Below, in pieces: positions 28,177 to 37,219 of a stretch of DNA of 64,000 bases (position 1 is its first letter; the number at the start of each line of letters is the position of its first letter). The stretch lies in NCBI GenBank assembly GCA_018402525.1, contig JAGYIR010000013.1, positions 29,390-93,389 on the forward strand, in the 5' to 3' direction. The DNA is from Crocinitomicaceae bacterium (GTDB taxonomy: Bacteria > Bacteroidota > Bacteroidia > Flavobacteriales_D > Crocinitomicaceae). The notes beneath the pieces were generated by a model that did not search any database, was not told the origin of the DNA, and worked only from the letters and a program-made list of their open reading frames with translations. The translations under genes and the position numbers were made by a program.

Positions 28177-30474
28177 TTAGACAATCAACGAAGCCTGATA
28201 CAATCTCAACTCTTCCCAAGAGAATTCCTCCCCCACTTGCTCTTTTAAAGGGGTTAGGGACATTCCATTGTACTTGCTGAACAGTTCTTCCAGTTCGTTA
28301 ATTCTGTAGCGTTCTAAGACCTCATCCAGTTCCAATTTTTCCAGGCGAATTAATCGTTCACAATGTCCGTAAATCGTCTTGGGGCTCAATTGGCGCTCAT
28401 TGGCTATTTCTTCAACGGTCTTGCCGCTTTTTAACATCTCCAGCGTTTGCTCATAAGTCGATACCTTTACCTTCTTCGGTGCGGATTTACGTGATTTCTT
28501 AGTCTTGACTTCAACAAAATCAGTGTCAAAATCAAATGTTGTTTTAGATTCCCGCAATTCGTTTTTGACCAAATTAACCTTCGTCAACTTATAATGCTTG
28601 ATCTCTTCTGTCATAACAACACCTTTATCCAAAGGTCTTCCTGTAAGAAGCGCTTCGTTTAAAATTCGTGCTTTTTTTAATCGCAACACAACGTCTGTGC
28701 TCAACTGATCGAGCTCTTCGAGTTCCTCGTTGTAATTCTTGCTGTTTTTCTTTTGTTGGATTTCGCCCATCTTTTTCAAGGTCGCATAGACAATTCCATC
28801 CAACGGTTTTATGAAATAATTGTAGCCCGCTTCTACACGCTCAAGAACTAGATCGACATTTATGTTTTTTTCTTGAAACAAACGTTCGATTTGATGTCTG
28901 AACTTTCGTGCAGCGTCCATCGTTCCGCTTAAGATCTGAAGTTGTTGAGCTGCCCATGAAGCATTCCCGCCCTTGAGCGATTTTGCACCCAACGTGGTGT
29001 GTGACGCAGCATGACTTTTCCATGCATTGTACAACTCCACCCAATCAAATGCTCTGACTAAAACTCCGCTCAAGTATTGATAGGTTGCATCGTCTAATTT
29101 CTCCGTCAAGCCTGTCTCATTTTCTTTCGAGCGCGCGTAATCAATCACATGTTGATCGCTGGTCAGTCCATTTAACCGAATCGGATTCAACAGCACCAAC
29201 CCATCCAATGAGCGAAGTCTCGACAAAGCGACATACGCCTGTCCAGCGACAAAAACCTTGGACACATCAATTACCGCCTTGTCAAAAGTTAAGCCTTGAC
29301 TTTTATGCACAGTTATCGCCCAAGCAAGCTTTAACGGATAATGGACAAATGTTCCCAAAATCTCTTCTTCTACCTCGCCCGTTGCAGCATTTAGATTGTA
29401 TTTGATGTTGTTCCACTCGTAGCGATCTACAGTAATGGTCTTTCGCTCTTCAGGAAAATTGACTTTGATTTCATTTGCTTCCAGCGCAACAATCTTCCCC
29501 ATCTTTCCATTGTAGAAATCCTTTTCTTGGGAAAGATCATTTTTGATAAACATCACTTGCGCGCCAATTTTCAACTCTAGAACACTTTCAATGGGATATA
29601 AATGCTCCGGGAAATTGCCCGTGATTTCTGCTTCATAGCTCACCTTGTTGGTCTTTAATCTGTCCAACGCACTTCTGTTCATCTCATCAGCGGCGTTATT
29701 GTGGGTGGTCAGCGTGATGTAATCATCGTGTTCAGAAGCATCGAAATTCGATTGAACGTGTGCGTTTAATGCATCAACGTCACTCTGCGTGATTGCATTC
29801 ATTCTCAAATTGTTCAAAATGGAAATAAACGCTTGATTGTCTTGTCGGTAAACCTTTTCAAGTTCAATATACACAGGCGCACTTTCTTCTATCACCTTCG
29901 CATTGAAGAAGTAAATCCCTTTGTAATAATTCCGCAAAAAATGCCATTCATTTTGTTTTATGACTGGAGGAAGTTGCAATAAGTCACCAATAAACAATAC
30001 TTGCACTGCGCCAAAAGGTTGATTGATTTTACGCACATTGCGCAACGTCCAGTCCATGGCATCCAGTACGTCAGCACGCAACATACTAACCTCATCAATA
30101 ATGAGCAACTCCAAATTTTGCATGATACTTTTTTGGCGTGCATTCATTCTGAAGTGGCGCATCAATGAGCTTTTCGATTCAAGCTTGACGTGCTCAGAAA
30201 ATTCGGGACTCACATTAAAATCAGGAATAAATCCTCCAAAAGGCAATTGAAAAAAGGAGTGAATCGTCACCCCTCCAGCGTTCAAGGCGGCAATTCCTGT
30301 CGGTGCAACGATAACCGTTTGCTTATAGGTTGACTTGACAATTTTTTGAAGCAAGGTAGTTTTACCCGTTCCAGCTTTCCCAGTAAGAAAAATAGATTGG
30401 TCGGTTTGATTGATAAAACGCTCGACAAATTGGGCGATTTCATTCGTTTCAATAGGTTGGTTTTTTGTCATCAT
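28177..30474 (-). CDS. Pif1/RecD-family (SF1B) helicase with C-terminal helicase-associated helix-turn-helix
   Basis: Walker A LTGKAGTGKTTLL, Walker B LLIIDEVSML, ITVHKSQGLTFD motif, and a C-terminal HTH (TVEEIANERQLSPKTIYGHCERL). Confidence 0.85.
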   Translation of the reverse strand: MMTKNQPIETNEIAQFVERFINQTDQSIFLTGKAGTGKTTLLQKIVKSTYKQTVIVAPTGIAALNAGGVTIHSFFQLPFGGFIPDFNVSPEFSEHVKLESKSSLMRHFRMNARQKSIMQNLELLIIDEVSMLRADVLDAMDWTLRNVRKINQPFGAVQVLFIGDLLQLPPVIKQNEWHFLRNYYKGIYFFNAKVIEESAPVYIELEKVYRQDNQAFISILNNLRMNAITQSDVDALNAHVQSNFDASEHDDYITLTTHNNAADEMNRSALDRLKTNKVSYEAEITGNFPEHLYPIESVLELKIGAQVMFIKNDLSQEKDFYNGKMGKIVALEANEIKVNFPEERKTITVDRYEWNNIKYNLNAATGEVEEEILGTFVHYPLKLAWAITVHKSQGLTFDKAVIDVSKVFVAGQAYVALSRLRSLDGLVLLNPIRLNGLTSDQHVIDYARSKENETGLTEKLDDATYQYLSGVLVRAFDWVELYNAWKSHAASHTTLGAKSLKGGNASWAAQQLQILSGTMDAARKFRHQIERLFQEKNINVDLVLERVEAGYNYFIKPLDGIVYATLKKMGEIQQKKNSKNYNEELEELDQLSTDVVLRLKKARILNEALLTGRPLDKGVVMTEEIKHYKLTKVNLVKNELRESKTTFDFDTDFVEVKTKKSRKSAPKKVKVSTYEQTLEMLKSGKTVEEIANERQLSPKTIYGHCERLIRLEKLELDEVLERYRINELEELFSKYNGMSLTPLKEQVGEEFSWEELRLYQASLIV

Positions 30475-30571
30475 TTACCTTAAGTTAAACAAAAAGTTGA
30501 AATCTATCATCCAAAAAGTGAAAAAAATTTCAATTTTATTGAGCACCCAGATTCTACTAAAACTGATGGAA

Positions 30572-32017
30572 CTACAGGACTTTTTCTCCTTGATTAATTC
30601 TATTGAGCCTAATCTCAAATCCAATAAACGCTGCACAAAAGACCCAAACTGGCACAGCGGCTTTATCGGCATCGAGGTAATTATTCAAAAATCCATGAAC
30701 AAAGTAAGTGACAAGTGCAAGGATCATCGCGAGGATCATCGTGCGCATAAATTTGTCTTCAACTGGCCATTTATAGTACAGCGTAATACTCTTGTAAAAA
30801 ATCGCACTTACGATAAAGATCATTGCCAGTAATCCAAAAAATCCCATTTCAGCAAGAGGACCCAAGTATTCACTGTGCGCATTTCCCATGTCCCCAAAAT
30901 TGGTCGAGATGATGGTGAGTTTCTCTGGATCCTGAAAACGCGCATACTCAAACGCATAAGTTCCCGGACCAAAACCGAACACGGGACGTTCCTGGAACAT
31001 ATCAATCGCGCTCGACCAACGATTCAAGCGTTCCAAATTGGAAGCATCCGAAGTGATATTTGTTGCACTTTGTAATCGCTCTCCAAATTCTTCTGTTGTA
31101 TGCTCCGATTTATTTCGCTCCAACTCCATTTGGATAGTATCCCACGTAAAGTAGAGCGTTATCAAACTTATAACCGCAACACCAGCGAGAATGCTAAACT
31201 TAATTCGAAGTTTGATCACGGCAAGAACCATCAGTGCCGCTACGACACTTAGCCATGCTGCGCGGGTATATGAAAAATACAAACCAATCAGAACAATAAC
31301 AATCATAAAAATGATGACCAACTGCACCAAGGGACTGTATTTTTTAGCGAAATAGATTCCAAAAATGAGAGGTGTCACCAAGGCGATCGTTGCGCCATAA
31401 ATAGTATGATCCTTGAAGAATGGCCACATGACCCAGTGTCCTTCTTTTTCACCAAAATTGTAGCCTGCATGCATCACAAGCGTGTAGCAAATAGCAATAC
31501 ACATGGCGATACAAAAAAGCCAAATAAAGCGCGTTATGTTTTTCGGTGTGTTGAAGATTCTCGTTCCAAAAAACAGCAGTGGAACGATGAACCAGAGTCG
31601 TGCTAATAAAAACTTAAACGAAACGAGTGGCGAACTACTGGTGATGGAAGTGACAAACACCCAAAATAAGTAAAATCCAACTGCCCAGATGATCGGGTTT
31701 TTCCAAATTTCTTTGTCCAAGGTGTTTCGCTGAAACTGCTGAAAAACAAGCAAAAGCATTAATCCAAAAAGCAAGGGTTCGGTGGGAAGATACAGTCCAA
31801 AACTTTCGGTATACTTCTCAATATTGATAGATAATGGTGTTAAAAATGCAATCGCTAAAAAGGTATACTCCGTGAAAAAAATGGCGAAATACACTGCCAT
31901 CAAACCTAAAGGAAGTAAGGTCAAATAACTAAGGTCAATCCAAATAAAAAAACAAGAAAGCGCTATGAAAAGCAGGCTTAAACCCGTAATAACTTTATTT
32001 TGCCCCAATTCTCGCAC
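30572..32017 (-). CDS. O-antigen ligase/polymerase-like (Wzy_C domain) membrane protein
   Basis: About 11 TM helices with a YSYTRAAWLSVVAAL-type Wzy_C segment. GTG start abuts the stop of the upstream gene. Confidence 0.75.
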   Translation of the reverse strand: MRELGQNKVITGLSLLFIALSCFFIWIDLSYLTLLPLGLMAVYFAIFFTEYTFLAIAFLTPLSINIEKYTESFGLYLPTEPLLFGLMLLLVFQQFQRNTLDKEIWKNPIIWAVGFYLFWVFVTSITSSSPLVSFKFLLARLWFIVPLLFFGTRIFNTPKNITRFIWLFCIAMCIAICYTLVMHAGYNFGEKEGHWVMWPFFKDHTIYGATIALVTPLIFGIYFAKKYSPLVQLVIIFMIVIVLIGLYFSYTRAAWLSVVAALMVLAVIKLRIKFSILAGVAVISLITLYFTWDTIQMELERNKSEHTTEEFGERLQSATNITSDASNLERLNRWSSAIDMFQERPVFGFGPGTYAFEYARFQDPEKLTIISTNFGDMGNAHSEYLGPLAEMGFFGLLAMIFIVSAIFYKSITLYYKWPVEDKFMRTMILAMILALVTYFVHGFLNNYLDADKAAVPVWVFCAAFIGFEIRLNRINQGEKVL

Positions 32018-33013
32018 CTAGGCTGCTTTACGAAGTTCAGAAATTCGTTCTTTAACGAGCAATGCAAAAATGGCAAAGATGAAAGCACCAAGGGTGGAAA
32101 TAATCACGATAATCGCACGCTTTGGCTTGTCCTTACGGTCAGCGACAACGGCAGGTTCTACGACAAACTTATGGTTGAAATTCGTGTTTGCATCCGACTC
32201 CGCCTGTTCGTAAGCTTCTTCAAATTTTGAAAGTTTCACAAGCTTCTCGTCACGCATCATTTCCAATCCATCGTACGTCGCTCCATAAAGTAAGTTAACA
32301 TCGATCTGACGTTTGAAAAACCTTCTATCCTCCTCGTTCTTCGATTGGTTATAAGCTGAAAACAAATTTGCTCGACCTTCTATCGATACAACACCTATTT
32401 CAGACAAACTGTCCATTTTGGCTAAAATGTCCTTTTTCTCAATCTGCAGCATGTCCATTTTACGCTGATTGATCTCAAAAGCTGGAAGCGTACGTTCTCG
32501 CACCATTTCATTCTTAACCGTATCGATCAAATCGACAATTTTGTTTGCTATTTGTGCAGCAAGTTCACGATCTCTGTCCAGTACGTCAATTTGAATGGAG
32601 CCATAACGCGTACGTTGAAAGGTGATGTGCTTCTCCCATTCTTTCCCCAATTTATAGTATTTGTTCACGTCATCAGAATCGATTTCGTAGTGATTCATCA
32701 AATCAAATTGCTGTACAATTCTATTTCGGATTCGGGAAGATTGTAATATTTGCACCAGTTGCTCTGCTTGCTCTTCTTCACCAAAATCCATGGAAGATGC
32801 TTTCGCATTTCTTTGTTCGGAAAAGGATACTGTGCTTGTCGCAGCTGGGAAAACGATAGCTGTTGACTTGAAAATAGGCGTTAAAAGCAATGAAACCACA
32901 ATCGATGCAACGAAGGCAATGGCTGTAATAATCAGAATCACCTTTCTTTTGAGCCAAATGAACAACAAGAGGGATTGTCTTTCTTGGTCGAATTCATTCG
33001 TGTTTTCAATCAT
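32018..33013 (-). CDS. Polysaccharide chain-length determinant (Wzz-like) protein
   Basis: N- and C-terminal TM helices flank a coiled-coil-rich periplasmic region, with a TPIFKSTAIVFP-type motif after TM1. Confidence 0.7.
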   Translation of the reverse strand: MIENTNEFDQERQSLLLFIWLKRKVILIITAIAFVASIVVSLLLTPIFKSTAIVFPAATSTVSFSEQRNAKASSMDFGEEEQAEQLVQILQSSRIRNRIVQQFDLMNHYEIDSDDVNKYYKLGKEWEKHITFQRTRYGSIQIDVLDRDRELAAQIANKIVDLIDTVKNEMVRERTLPAFEINQRKMDMLQIEKKDILAKMDSLSEIGVVSIEGRANLFSAYNQSKNEEDRRFFKRQIDVNLLYGATYDGLEMMRDEKLVKLSKFEEAYEQAESDANTNFNHKFVVEPAVVADRKDKPKRAIIVIISTLGAFIFAIFALLVKERISELRKAA

Positions 33014-33113
33014 AGCTTTTTATTTAAGTTGTCAAAGTTAATTTTTCTAGCCGAATCTAATAACTGTGAAACTTGTAATTTATTTTGTTGAGAATATTTT
33101 TAACCTGCACCGA

Positions 33114-34553
33114 TTATTCTTCCGAAGAACTTTTGATGATTGCGCGCATGGATTTGACGTCAATAAATCGAAAAACGATCATGGAAATGAATGTCAAAAG
33201 CAGCAATAATAAAAATAGTGCTAATGAACTTACTACCAAATAATAGCTGATGGCAATCAAGCTCGTCAAGAACAGCACAAACTGTACTAGAAAAAACAGT
33301 GAGAACTGAATTTTTAACTCTCGAATACAGTAAATCAATTGTGTGAGCGATACAACAGTTTGAGTAATGCATGTGGCAATGGCAGCACCTGTCGCCCCGT
33401 AGATTGGAATGAGGTATAAGTTGATGATGAAGTTAATCGCTATCCCAATTCCGGCTACCACATTTAAGAAAAGCATGTTTCCCTTCGCCGTTAAGAGTGT
33501 TCCAAAAATAATCGTGGCACACATTCCAACAAAGCTGATCATCAACAATTGAAATGCATGCTTGCTTTCTGCAATATCGCCGTTGTACACGAGGTCAAGA
33601 ATAAATTCGCTGTTGTAAAAACTCACCACTGCCAACAAAATAGCCCCTCCGATCAGCAGTCGCGATGCTGTTGAAAACAAGGGTGTTGTATCTTCCTTTA
33701 GTTTGAACATTTTCGAGAAAATTGGAAACAATAAATTGGAAAAAAGCATGGCAAACATGAAAAACGCGTTCACCAACCGAAATCCTTGTGCATAATATCC
33801 TGCCTCCGCCTTTCCGTTTATGTGCATTCGTTCAATCATCACAGAATCCACGCGTGTGTAGATCATCATAAGCATGATCAAGAGCGCATACGGAAAGCTT
33901 TTTCGAACGATTACCATAGAAAACGCTGTCGTATATTTGAACTTCGGAATTCCTATTTTTCCAAACAGCAGGATAAATCCTATAAACAGTGTAATCCCGT
34001 AGGACAGGGTTTGAATCCAAATAAACCATTCTATTTTAAACGGAGTGTCTGTCATTGGGAAATACAGGACAGCACCACAGATAAAGATTAAAAGTACTCG
34101 ATCCAAAACCCCAATAAATGCTTCTGTCTTAAAAAAGAGGAGACCGCCAAAATGACTTCTAACATAGGCGATCAACGTCACCAGTAGTTGATTCAACACC
34201 AGAAAGCTCAACAAATAAAGTTCGTAGCTATTCCAGTTCAATGCATACGCAATCGAATAACTGAAAACGGCATAAAACACAAACAAAATCAATCGGAAAA
34301 CAAGTATTTTACCTATGTACTTCGAAGCAATTTGTGGATGCTGGGCAATATTTTTAGTCGTGAAATTATTGATGCCAAAATCGAGCAGAATATTGAAGAG
34401 CATGGAGAAATTCAGCAGAGAAAAGTAAATACCATAACTCTCGGCACCCACTTCATTCTGAACCGCAGCATCAATTCCGAATATAGCCACAGGTTTCACC
34501 AACAGGTTCAATAGAACCAAAAAGGCAAGATTGGAAATAAACTTTTTCTGCAT
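33114..34553 (-). CDS. Oligosaccharide flippase (Wzx / polysaccharide biosynthesis protein family)
   Basis: 479 aa, about 12-14 TM helices, MOP-superfamily appearance. Confidence 0.75.
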   Translation of the reverse strand: MQKKFISNLAFLVLLNLLVKPVAIFGIDAAVQNEVGAESYGIYFSLLNFSMLFNILLDFGINNFTTKNIAQHPQIASKYIGKILVFRLILFVFYAVFSYSIAYALNWNSYELYLLSFLVLNQLLVTLIAYVRSHFGGLLFFKTEAFIGVLDRVLLIFICGAVLYFPMTDTPFKIEWFIWIQTLSYGITLFIGFILLFGKIGIPKFKYTTAFSMVIVRKSFPYALLIMLMMIYTRVDSVMIERMHINGKAEAGYYAQGFRLVNAFFMFAMLFSNLLFPIFSKMFKLKEDTTPLFSTASRLLIGGAILLAVVSFYNSEFILDLVYNGDIAESKHAFQLLMISFVGMCATIIFGTLLTAKGNMLFLNVVAGIGIAINFIINLYLIPIYGATGAAIATCITQTVVSLTQLIYCIRELKIQFSLFFLVQFVLFLTSLIAISYYLVVSSLALFLLLLLLTFISMIVFRFIDVKSMRAIIKSSSEE

Positions 34554-34742
34554 CTGTTAATTAACGATGCAAATTTAACAAAAGTTGGAAGTAGTCACTC
34601 TAGTTATTCAACCCGTTGCTATTTAAGATTGAAAAAATCAGTCACTGGAAAGCTAGGAAAAGATAAGAGTGGACGAAAGGACGAAGAAGCTACAAAGAGA
34701 ATAAGTCTTAACGTCCTAAAGTCTTAATATCTTAATATATAG

Positions 34743-35435
34743 CTACTTAACGATTAACTTAAACCCCTTTCCGTGCACATTCATGATTTCAATGGCTGGA
34801 TCCTCTTTCAATGCCTTTCTTAGCTTCGCGATGTACACATCCATGCTTCGACCGTTGAAATAGTTGTCATCGCCCCAAATTGCGCGTAAAGTGGCATTTC
34901 TATCCAAAATTTCATTCTGATTTTTTACCAATAATTGAAGTAACTGATTCTCTTTGGTAGTCAATTTCTTTTCACCTTCCTTTAAATGCAACAGACGGTA
35001 TTCTGGCTCGTACTTTATCTTCCCGACTTGCACTTCACCATTCTCCGATTCTTCAGATTCTGTCTCAGATCGTCTCAAAATTGCTGTAATTCTCGCCAAG
35101 AGCTCTTCCATAGCGAAAGGTTTAGTCAAGTAATCATCTGCACCAATTGAAAAACCTTCCAATTTATCTTCCTTCATCGACTTAGCGCTGAGGAAAAGAA
35201 TCGGCACCTTCTTATCAATCTCTCTGACTTCCTTGGCCAGCGTGAAGCCATCCATTTCGGGCATCATGATATCGAAAATACAAAAGTCGTATTCCTGTTG
35301 ATTAAACTTCTCAAAAGCGATTTTTCCATTCTGTGCGAGTGAAACCTCAAATCCCTTTGATTTCAAAAATGTATGAAGCAATTGACCCAAATTGATGTCA
35401 TCTTCGGCTAATAGTATACGTGTTAAGTTTTTCAT
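34743..35435 (-). CDS. OmpR/PhoB-family response regulator
   Basis: REC domain (LLAEDD, DIMMPEMDGF, GADDYLTKPF) plus a winged-helix output (RSMDVYIAKLRKAL). Overlaps the kinase gene by 4 nt. Confidence 0.92.
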   Translation of the reverse strand: MKNLTRILLAEDDINLGQLLHTFLKSKGFEVSLAQNGKIAFEKFNQQEYDFCIFDIMMPEMDGFTLAKEVREIDKKVPILFLSAKSMKEDKLEGFSIGADDYLTKPFAMEELLARITAILRRSETESEESENGEVQVGKIKYEPEYRLLHLKEGEKKLTTKENQLLQLLVKNQNEILDRNATLRAIWGDDNYFNGRSMDVYIAKLRKALKEDPAIEIMNVHGKGFKLIVK

Positions 35436-36943
35436 TTCTCTTCAACTTTAATTATCAATGTAAACACAGATCCCTGATCAATTTTACTTTTTACTTGAAT
35501 TTCCCAGTTATGTACATCCGCAATGGCCTTTACATAGCTTAGTCCTAATCCAAAGCCTTTTACGTTGTGTACATTTCCTGTTGGAATACGGTACAATTTA
35601 TCAAATATTTTGTCCAAATGCTCTTTTTTAATCCCAATTCCTTTATCTGCCACGCTCAAATAAATCTTTTTACCTTCCTTTTTCAACGTAATAAGTATAT
35701 CTGGTGCTCCATTGCTGTATTTAATGGAGTTGTCTAATAAATTAGAGATCGCATTGGTAATGTGCATTTTATCCCCATTAATATGAATCAATTCGGAACA
35801 TAAGTCGAGATGGATTTTACCACCAGCGCTTCCAACTCTTAATTCCGCGCTTTGCACGATCGTGTGAATCACCTCATTCAGCAACACAGATTCCGACTGA
35901 AGTTTTAAATCGCCCTTATCCAACGAAGCACTCTGCAGGATCCGCTCTACAAGTAGGCTCAAACGATTGTTTTCATCGTTAATCATTTTGACGTAAGGCT
36001 GTACATTTGTGCTGTCCGACCCAATCATATCCTTATCGTTCATTGCTTCGCACGCCAATGAAATAGTAGAAATAGGCGTTCTAAACTCATGCGTCATATT
36101 CGAAATGAAATCACTCTTTAATTCAGAAAATTTCTTTTGCGTTAGAATCGTTCTGAACATGAACACCATTGCCACGACAATAATCAGAATTAAAATAAGA
36201 TTAATCGCCAAAGGCAAGCCCATTTGCTTCAGTAAAAAGTAATCCTGACGCGGGAAACGAATATGTAGAAATAAATCTTCATCCAGGGGGTTGCTTGGGA
36301 ACAACATCGCTTTGTGTGACCAAGAGGGATCGACGGAAGAACCGTAATTACTAGGCGCCTTATCAAACTTGACAAGGTTGTTATTTTCATCGCTTATCAC
36401 AAATTCGTACTGACTGGGCAAATCATGTCCTTTCAACTCATGTTGAATGATAGAATCCAATAAGTCAATCGTTAAACGCTTCGACGGGTCTTCGTACACA
36501 TTGTTGCGAAACGCTTCGATCATCATTTCGTTTACAAAGCGTGCCTTCTTAAAAATCTGTTGAATTACGCGTTGATCGAGTTGAATGGCCAGCTTTAATG
36601 AATCCTTGCTGACGTGCGCATTGTTTTGAAACAAATCCCGCAGCTGTCGAACATCTCGCGCCAAAACCCGTTGTTCCGCTGTTAATCCAGAAATAGAATC
36701 ATACGTTTTACCTTTGATGATGAGGTAATTCACCATTTCTCCGTTCTCAAAAACGGAAGTATCTTGAATAGAAATCGACTCTTGCGCCGATAATAAATTT
36801 TGAAATTCTTCCTTTAAAATGTCCTTATACTGACCGCTGAAATCTTTATTGGCCAACTGCATGAACTTACGCATGTCTTCAGCCTTCTCATGACGAAGCG
36901 TAATGCTCTCCATGGTAGTTGAGAAATAGCTTTGTGAACTCAT
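35432..36943 (-). CDS. Sensor histidine kinase (HisKA + HATPase_c), apparently lacking its first TM segment in this frame
   Basis: H-box HEFRTPISTI, N-box NLLDNSIKYS, G-boxes DKGIGI and GFGLGLSYV, and one internal TM helix (LPLAINLILILIIVVAMVFMF). Confidence 0.88.
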   Translation of the reverse strand: MSSQSYFSTTMESITLRHEKAEDMRKFMQLANKDFSGQYKDILKEEFQNLLSAQESISIQDTSVFENGEMVNYLIIKGKTYDSISGLTAEQRVLARDVRQLRDLFQNNAHVSKDSLKLAIQLDQRVIQQIFKKARFVNEMMIEAFRNNVYEDPSKRLTIDLLDSIIQHELKGHDLPSQYEFVISDENNNLVKFDKAPSNYGSSVDPSWSHKAMLFPSNPLDEDLFLHIRFPRQDYFLLKQMGLPLAINLILILIIVVAMVFMFRTILTQKKFSELKSDFISNMTHEFRTPISTISLACEAMNDKDMIGSDSTNVQPYVKMINDENNRLSLLVERILQSASLDKGDLKLQSESVLLNEVIHTIVQSAELRVGSAGGKIHLDLCSELIHINGDKMHITNAISNLLDNSIKYSNGAPDILITLKKEGKKIYLSVADKGIGIKKEHLDKIFDKLYRIPTGNVHNVKGFGLGLSYVKAIADVHNWEIQVKSKIDQGSVFTLIIKVEEK

Positions 36944-37052
36944 TGGATTTCCTGTAATAGATTTGAGCCGACTGAAATGCTTGTATTAAAAGCAGTGCAA
37001 TCATTGCTACGATAACTAAGACAAGAATAAAGTTAACACGAATCTTTTTCAC
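36888..37052 (-). other. 54-codon ORF fragment encoding the probable N-terminal TM segment of the histidine kinase, in a different frame
   Basis: From a GTG start: VKKIRVNFILVLVIVAMIALLLIQAFQSAQIYYRKSNEFTK.... It overlaps the annotated kinase start, and removing one A from the AAA run joins the two frames. Confidence 0.5.
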
Positions 37053-37219
37053 TAAAATGGATTTTCACGAATGTAAATCAAACACCTCTGCAAATGAAGG
37101 CGGTTAACGTTTTTTAACACCGAAAAACAATCAAAATAGGCGTCTCACCAAATGAAAAATCAGACTTTAATCACCATAAAACACGATTTTTCTAAGTTCT
37201 ACGTTGTACATTCGTGATA

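Noticed and set aside
30410-30832. 140-aa plus-strand ORF spanning the helicase/Wzy intergenic region
   Set aside because: It overlaps the ends of two well-supported minus-strand genes and has a low-complexity Lys/Ile-rich translation with no motifs.
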